A DNA stretch of 63,966 nt, the filler included, from Malassezia furfur (lineage: Eukaryota), in assembly GCA_052055015.1 (NCBI GenBank). It is 4 parts of 4 records of this genome, joined end to end, with 100 filler letters (N's around TTAATTAATTAA, not from the genome) between each part and the next. Parts side by side here need not be neighbours in the genome. Positions count along the whole stretch, not along the records: positions 53,681 to 63,966 come from JBQJIT010000396.1; 3 more parts are not named here. One strand, given 5' to 3'. This document shows, piece by piece, positions 59,114 to 63,966 of the stretch. Every line of letters begins with the position of its first letter. Position 1 is the stretch's first letter. The notes beneath the pieces are model-generated. The model did no database searches. It had not been told where the DNA came from and saw only the letters and a program-made list of their open reading frames with translations. The position numbers and the translations under genes are program-made.

Positions 59114-62100
59114 ATGAGCGCTTCGGAGAACAACACCGCGGGGGCCTCGACGGCGCTCCCGCTGGAGTCGCGGTTATGCGACGTGGTTCTGTCCGATGTT
59201 GCACAGACCCAAGGTATGCGGTGCGCTTACACAGTCGTCCACCTCGAGCGGTTCCTGCAGCAGATGGGCGCGCAGATCTACTCGCACCGTGCGCACAAGG
59301 AGAACCATACGGGCAGTTGGGCGTCGTCGCTGTGCCTCGCGAGCCCGGTGACGGGCAACGACAACCTGACCGTGTTTCCCGACCCCGAGCAAAAGATCAC
59401 GCGCACGCTCGAGCACGCGCTGAACGAGCTCGTGACGACGGAGCGCACCTACGTCAAGCGCATCGAGGCGCTCTTCAACGTACGTCGCGTGCTTACCCAG
59501 CGATATGCCGTGCCGCTCCGCCAGCTCGCCCAGGACAAGGACACACAGATCATCCCTGCGCACGAGGCCGAGCGCATGTTCGGCAACCTCGGCGAGATTG
59601 TCGCGGCAAACAAGATGCTCCTGTGTGAGCTCGAGATCCTCCACGAGCAGGGCGCCGCATACATGGCCGCCTCGGTCGGCGACGTGATGGTGCAGAACGT
59701 ACGTGACGACGCTGACGCAGATGCACCGGTTCGCGTGCTACGACGAGTACATGGCCGACTTTGAGCAGGCCAAGAGCATCTACACGCGCATGCTCAAGAA
59801 CAAGGCGTTCCGTGGGTTCATTGAGCGCACGCAGCACGCGACGAACGACCTCGGCAACGCAGGCCTGCGCGAGCTGATGATCGAGCCGCTGCAGCGCATT
59901 CCGCGCTACCGCCTGCTGATGAACAACCTCATGAAGGAGATGCCGACCTCCTCGGTGCAGTGCCAGCGCCTGCACGAGGCCACCAGCCTCGCGGGGCACA
60001 TTGCGTCGCGCGAGGTGAACAACGCGACACGCCGCGCCGCGATCCTCTGGAGCTGCTCCAAGGTGATCGACAAGTTCCCCGCGGAGCTGGCGACGTCGCG
60101 CCGCGAGCTGCTCGGCTGCATCGACGTCGACGAGCAGCTCGCCGAGACCCACTCGGGCATGCTGCACGCGCTCGGCTCGGTGCTTGGCCGCCGGCGCACG
60201 GCCGGCTTCTCGCTGCTCTTGCTCGACGACACGCTCGTCCTGGCACAGCGCCATTCGCACACGCCGACGCACCAGCTCCTGCGCGTCCAGGAGCCCGAGA
60301 AGCTCGTCGACGAGATGCAGGCCGAGCAGACGCGCTCGCCCGCGCCCGGCCGGCGGCACGAGCTGTCGTTCGCGGGCATGATCGACCTGAATAGTGTGCT
60401 CGCGACGGGCCTCGACGGCAGCCAGGCGCGCCTGGCGTTCCTCGGCCCGCTGCGCGGCTCGTCGAACAAGGCGATGACGCGCGTGTTTGCCGACGCCAAC
60501 AGCACGCGCACTACGCCGCGCATGGCCTACTTCCTCGACTGCCTCTGGAAGGCACAGGCGGTGCACCGTGCGCGCTCGCGCGCGATGCAGGTGCGTGCGA
60601 GCGTCGTGCCGGCTGCCGGCGAGCGCCCCGCGCACGTCATGCTGTGGACGATTCTGTCGCCCGCGCAGTTCCAGCGCTTCCCCCACAAGCGCAACCTGCT
60701 CTTCCAGATCGGCTCGGTGCCGAGTGCGCGCGAGCTGCAGCACACCTACCACATCGACACGTGCGTCAACATCGAGCCGCACCCCGACGAGGCGCGTGCG
60801 ACCGTCACGGTGCTGCGCCCGAACGGCGCGCGCGCGACGCAGGTCGTAGCGCTCGACGCCGTCGCGCCGCTGTGCGCCGACTTCTGCTGCGGCCTCGTCG
60901 CGCTCCCCGAGGTGCCCGAGAAGGAGGCGCCCGCCGCCGAGGTGCCCGTGCGCCGCGCCAAGTCGCTGCGCACGCCGTCGCGCCGCGGGCCGGGCGCCCA
61001 CCGCGCGCGCAGCTTCATGAGCGAGCGCGTGCGGGCGAGCATCCAGTCGAGCCTCGAGGCGGTGATGGAGAGCCAGGAGCACGAGACGCCGCCGCTGCCG
61101 ACCTCGGCGTCCCACAAGCGCGGCATGCCGCTCGGCGAGATCAGCAACATGACGCCCAAGCGCCGCGCGGTGTCCAAGGCGCCGTCGGAAACCAAGGTGC
61201 CTACGGAGGAAGAGCTCGTGGAGGAGTACCAGCGGATGGACACGCAGCCGGCCGAGACGTCGCCGACGCGCAACGCGCTCACGATGCGTGCCGAGGAGTC
61301 GAAAGAGTTCCCGAACCCGTTCGACGAGGCCATCGACGTGCACGGCACGGCGCTCACCGAGTCGGAGCGCATGGACGAGGCCGAGGTCGAGGCACAGCTC
61401 GACGAGCCGCAGCCCGAGCCGGTCAAGTCGCCGATGCAGACCGACTCGGTGAGCACGGCGACGCTGCCGCACGACGACCTCACGCCGATCACCGAGGAGG
61501 CGTCCAAGGACGCGCGCGAGGCGCCCGCCTCCCCCGCCTCGATGCAGCTCGACCCGAGCCCCGAGGGGGTGGAGGCCTCTGAGGTGGACCGTGCGGAGCC
61601 CCAGCCGGAAGACGCCAAGCCGGCCGAGGCCCCTGCACCGGTCGAGGCCCCTGCACCGGCCGAGGCCCCTGCACCGGTCGAGGCCCCTGCGCCAGTCGAG
61701 GCCTCGGCACCGGTCGAGCCCCCCGCACCGGTCGAAGCACCAGCGCCGACACAGGCCCCCGCGCCGGCCGAGCCCCCTGTTGTTGAGGAGCCCGCCGCTG
61801 CCGAGGCGCCTGCCGCGGTCCCTTCTGCGGCCCCCACCAAGACCCCGACGCTGGAGCCTGCGACGCCCGCCATCGACAAGCCGCTACCCGACTCGCCTGC
61901 GTCCGAGCGGCCGCAGCGCGTTGTGTCGCGCGTTGCGTCGCGTGCTTCGTCACGGCCGGCGTCACGGCCGGCGTCGCGGCCGGCGTCGCGTGCCACGTCG
62001 CGGGGGTCGCAGCACCAGGTCACTGAGGAAGAGATGCAGCAGATGCTCCGTCCCCTGCTGGGCCACCTGCAGGACGCGCCGACCGCACAGTCGGCCGTGC

Positions 62101-62849
62101 ACGTGCAGGTGGACCCACTGCCTGAGCCGCAGCACGCCGAGATCGAGGGCCGCGAACCAGACATGGACCTGACCATCCTGCGCCTGCTGCAGGAGGAGCA
62201 GGCGCGTGACGGCGAGCCGTCGCCCGTGCCGGCGTCCGAGGCACGCTGGGAGCCCGACACGCCGCTGCTGCCGAGCGTGCTGGACGTGCCGAGCGACAAC
62301 GAGAGCCTGGCGATGAAGCGCGCGATGACGCAGGTGAACGAGGCGATCGCCGGGCTACGGAAGCACCGCCCGCCCGCACATGCGAACGGGTGGCAGGAGG
62401 ACTGGGCGCAGTTCAAGCTGGCGGTCAAGCGGATGAACACGTGCTGGACGCGGATGGAGCGGGCCTACGAGGACAAGCAGATGGACCTGGCGGCGCTGCG
62501 GCTCGCGCAGAAGGAGGCCGACCCTACGGTGCGCGTTGCGCCGGAAGAGTACTTGCGGCTCGAGGACGAGGCGAACATGGTGCTGCCGCTGCGGATCCAG
62601 GTGGAGCAGCTCACGCAGAAGGTCGAGTCGCTGCTGGCGCTCGAGCAGGACACGCGGATGGAGAATGCGGAGCTGTACGACGTGTTCAACGAGGAGCTCA
62701 GCCACCTGTACAAGCACAGTTTCCGCCCCGCGAACGAGGAGATCGAGGCGCTGCGCCACGCGCTCCTCGCGGCGAAGACCGAGCTGCACCAGGTCCGGGT
62801 GGAGAACCGCGCGTTGCGGCAGCAGTGTGCGTTGGCCAGTGCTACATAG
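59114..62849 (+). CDS. Dbl-homology RhoGEF with C-terminal coiled coil (S. pombe Gef2-like architecture)
   Basis: LNELVTTERTYVKRIEAL, MFGNLGEIV, GLRELMIEPLQRIPRYRLL; C-terminal MENAELYDVFNEELSHLY; introns 59214-59234, 59480-59500 and about 59699-59720. Confidence 0.85.
61620..61775 (+). repeat. 18-nt coding minisatellite, (P-A/V-E-A-P-A)n, about 8 units
   Basis: ccggYcgaggcccctgca units, degenerating toward the 3' end. Confidence 0.88.
61935..62001 (+). repeat. 12-nt coding repeat (ASRP)n
   Basis: gcgtcacggccg/gcgtcgcggccg units; translates as SRASSRPASRPASRPASRA. Confidence 0.75.
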
Positions 62850-62885
62850 TCTCGTTAGTCAGCAAACAGCGCTCTGTGCTCCGCG

Positions 62886-63966
62886 ATGGTCCACGAGGGG
62901 ACGCCGGTGAACTACACGTTTACGGTCGGCAAGCTCGGTACGTGCACCGCTCACCAGACGCGGGGATCGTACGCACACCACACTGACGCAGGCGATTTTG
63001 ATCGGCGAGCGCGCGTCGCTCATCGAGTTCCCCGCGCTGCTGCTGCCCCAGGGCGTGCAGGTCGGCAGCGTGGTCGACATTCGCGTCACGCGCAACGACG
63101 CCGAGGAGCAGCAGCAGCGCGAGGCGTTTGTCGCGCTGCAGGACGATATCCTGCAGATGTACGGCATCAACAGCCCGGCCCGTACGTCGCCCCCTCACGC
63201 AGCGCCGTCGCTTCGTCTCCGCAACGTCACACAGACCACCGTCACGCTCGAGTGGGATCCGCTGCAGCTCGCCAACGCGGACCTGCACTCGCTCGACATC
63301 GTGCGGAATGGGCAGCGCATCGCCAAGGTGCCGCGCCCGCTCCACACCACCTCGACGAAGCTCTCCGGCCTCGCGATGGACTCGGACTACACCATCCAGC
63401 TCGTGCTCTACACGAGCGCCGGCACGTTTGCCTCGGACGAGCTGCGCACGCACACGCACACCATCGAGGACACCAGCGGGATCCATGTGTGCTTTGGCGC
63501 GATCGACGACGCGCGCCTGCGCGCCGCGGCCGAAGACGTCCTCACCACCCTGGGGGGGCAGTGGTCCGAGCAGATCCAGGTGGATACGACGCACCTCGTC
63601 ACGACGCATGCGCCGCGCGGCACAGACACTCACGACGCGCGCATGTACGCCAAGGCGCAGCAGCTTAGCATCCCCATCGTCCAGCCGCACTGGCTGTTTG
63701 CGTGTGCGGACGAGCATCGGTACGTGGAGCGCTCATGCAGTATGGTGAACATCTCGAAGTACTATGTGGATGTCATGGCGCCGAACGCCGTGCAGGTCCA
63801 GGAGCGCCTCGCGAAGCAGACGCCCCGGCCCGCGCCCGCCGAGGCGCCCGCGCCCGAGGTGCCGCCCAAGACCGTGGCGCCCGCCGACGCACCGGACGCT
63901 GCGCCCACCGACGGCGCGACCGTCGAGGCGACGATCGCGTCGAGCGACGCGCCCGCTGCGCCCGAG
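62886..63966 (+). CDS. CHS5: Exomer subunit Chs5 (FN3 + BRCT), 3' end runs off the window
   Basis: FTVGKL|DAGI|AILIGERASLIEFPALLLP, LRLRNVTQTTVTLEWDPLQLA, TKLSGL, AQQLSIPIVQPHWLFAC; introns of 20, 23, 21 and 21 nt. Confidence 0.9.

Noticed and set aside
1..63966. CRISPR arrays, prokaryotic operons or defence systems, tRNA/rRNA genes
   Set aside because: The sequence is intron-containing fungal DNA; no repeat-spacer array or structural RNA was recognised by eye.

Overview
Eukaryotic, fungal DNA: a GC-rich, very gene-dense basidiomycete yeast genome, most consistent with Malassezia (inferred from compaction, GC level and 20-40 nt GT-AG introns; species not determinable here). The window is four contigs joined by artificial N-gaps carrying a TTAATTAATTAA linker (17840-17939, 35753-35852, 53581-53680). 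About 38 protein-coding genes or fragments were reconstructed by hand across the tiny introns. Most are housekeeping genes: a PPR-like protein, mito L17, mito ACP, SCH9, NAT1, EF-2, prefoldin 4, SKI3, CTK1, BFR1, KAR3, APC11, SNF1-beta, a methyltransferase, two tandem HAD phosphatases, DSK2, PRE7, calcineurin A, MTC1-like, VWA8, BNA6, MET22, a LEA-like small protein, RCE1, ERJ5-like, esterase D, two SYLF/YSC84-like genes, FMT1, PUS4, a phosducin-like protein, DOA10, CAND1, NSA1, a RhoGEF and CHS5. The standout non-genic signal is a ~490 bp island of about 18% GC at 57210-57700, a strong candidate short regional centromere core. Other signals: introns down to 20-21 nt with an 11-nt micro-exon, many stop-free in-frame introns, convergent genes sharing or abutting stop codons, and two recurrent intergenic motifs (TTAGTCAGC and CACGTG). 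No tRNA, rRNA, transposon or CRISPR feature could be supported. All homology calls are from motif recognition, not database searches.
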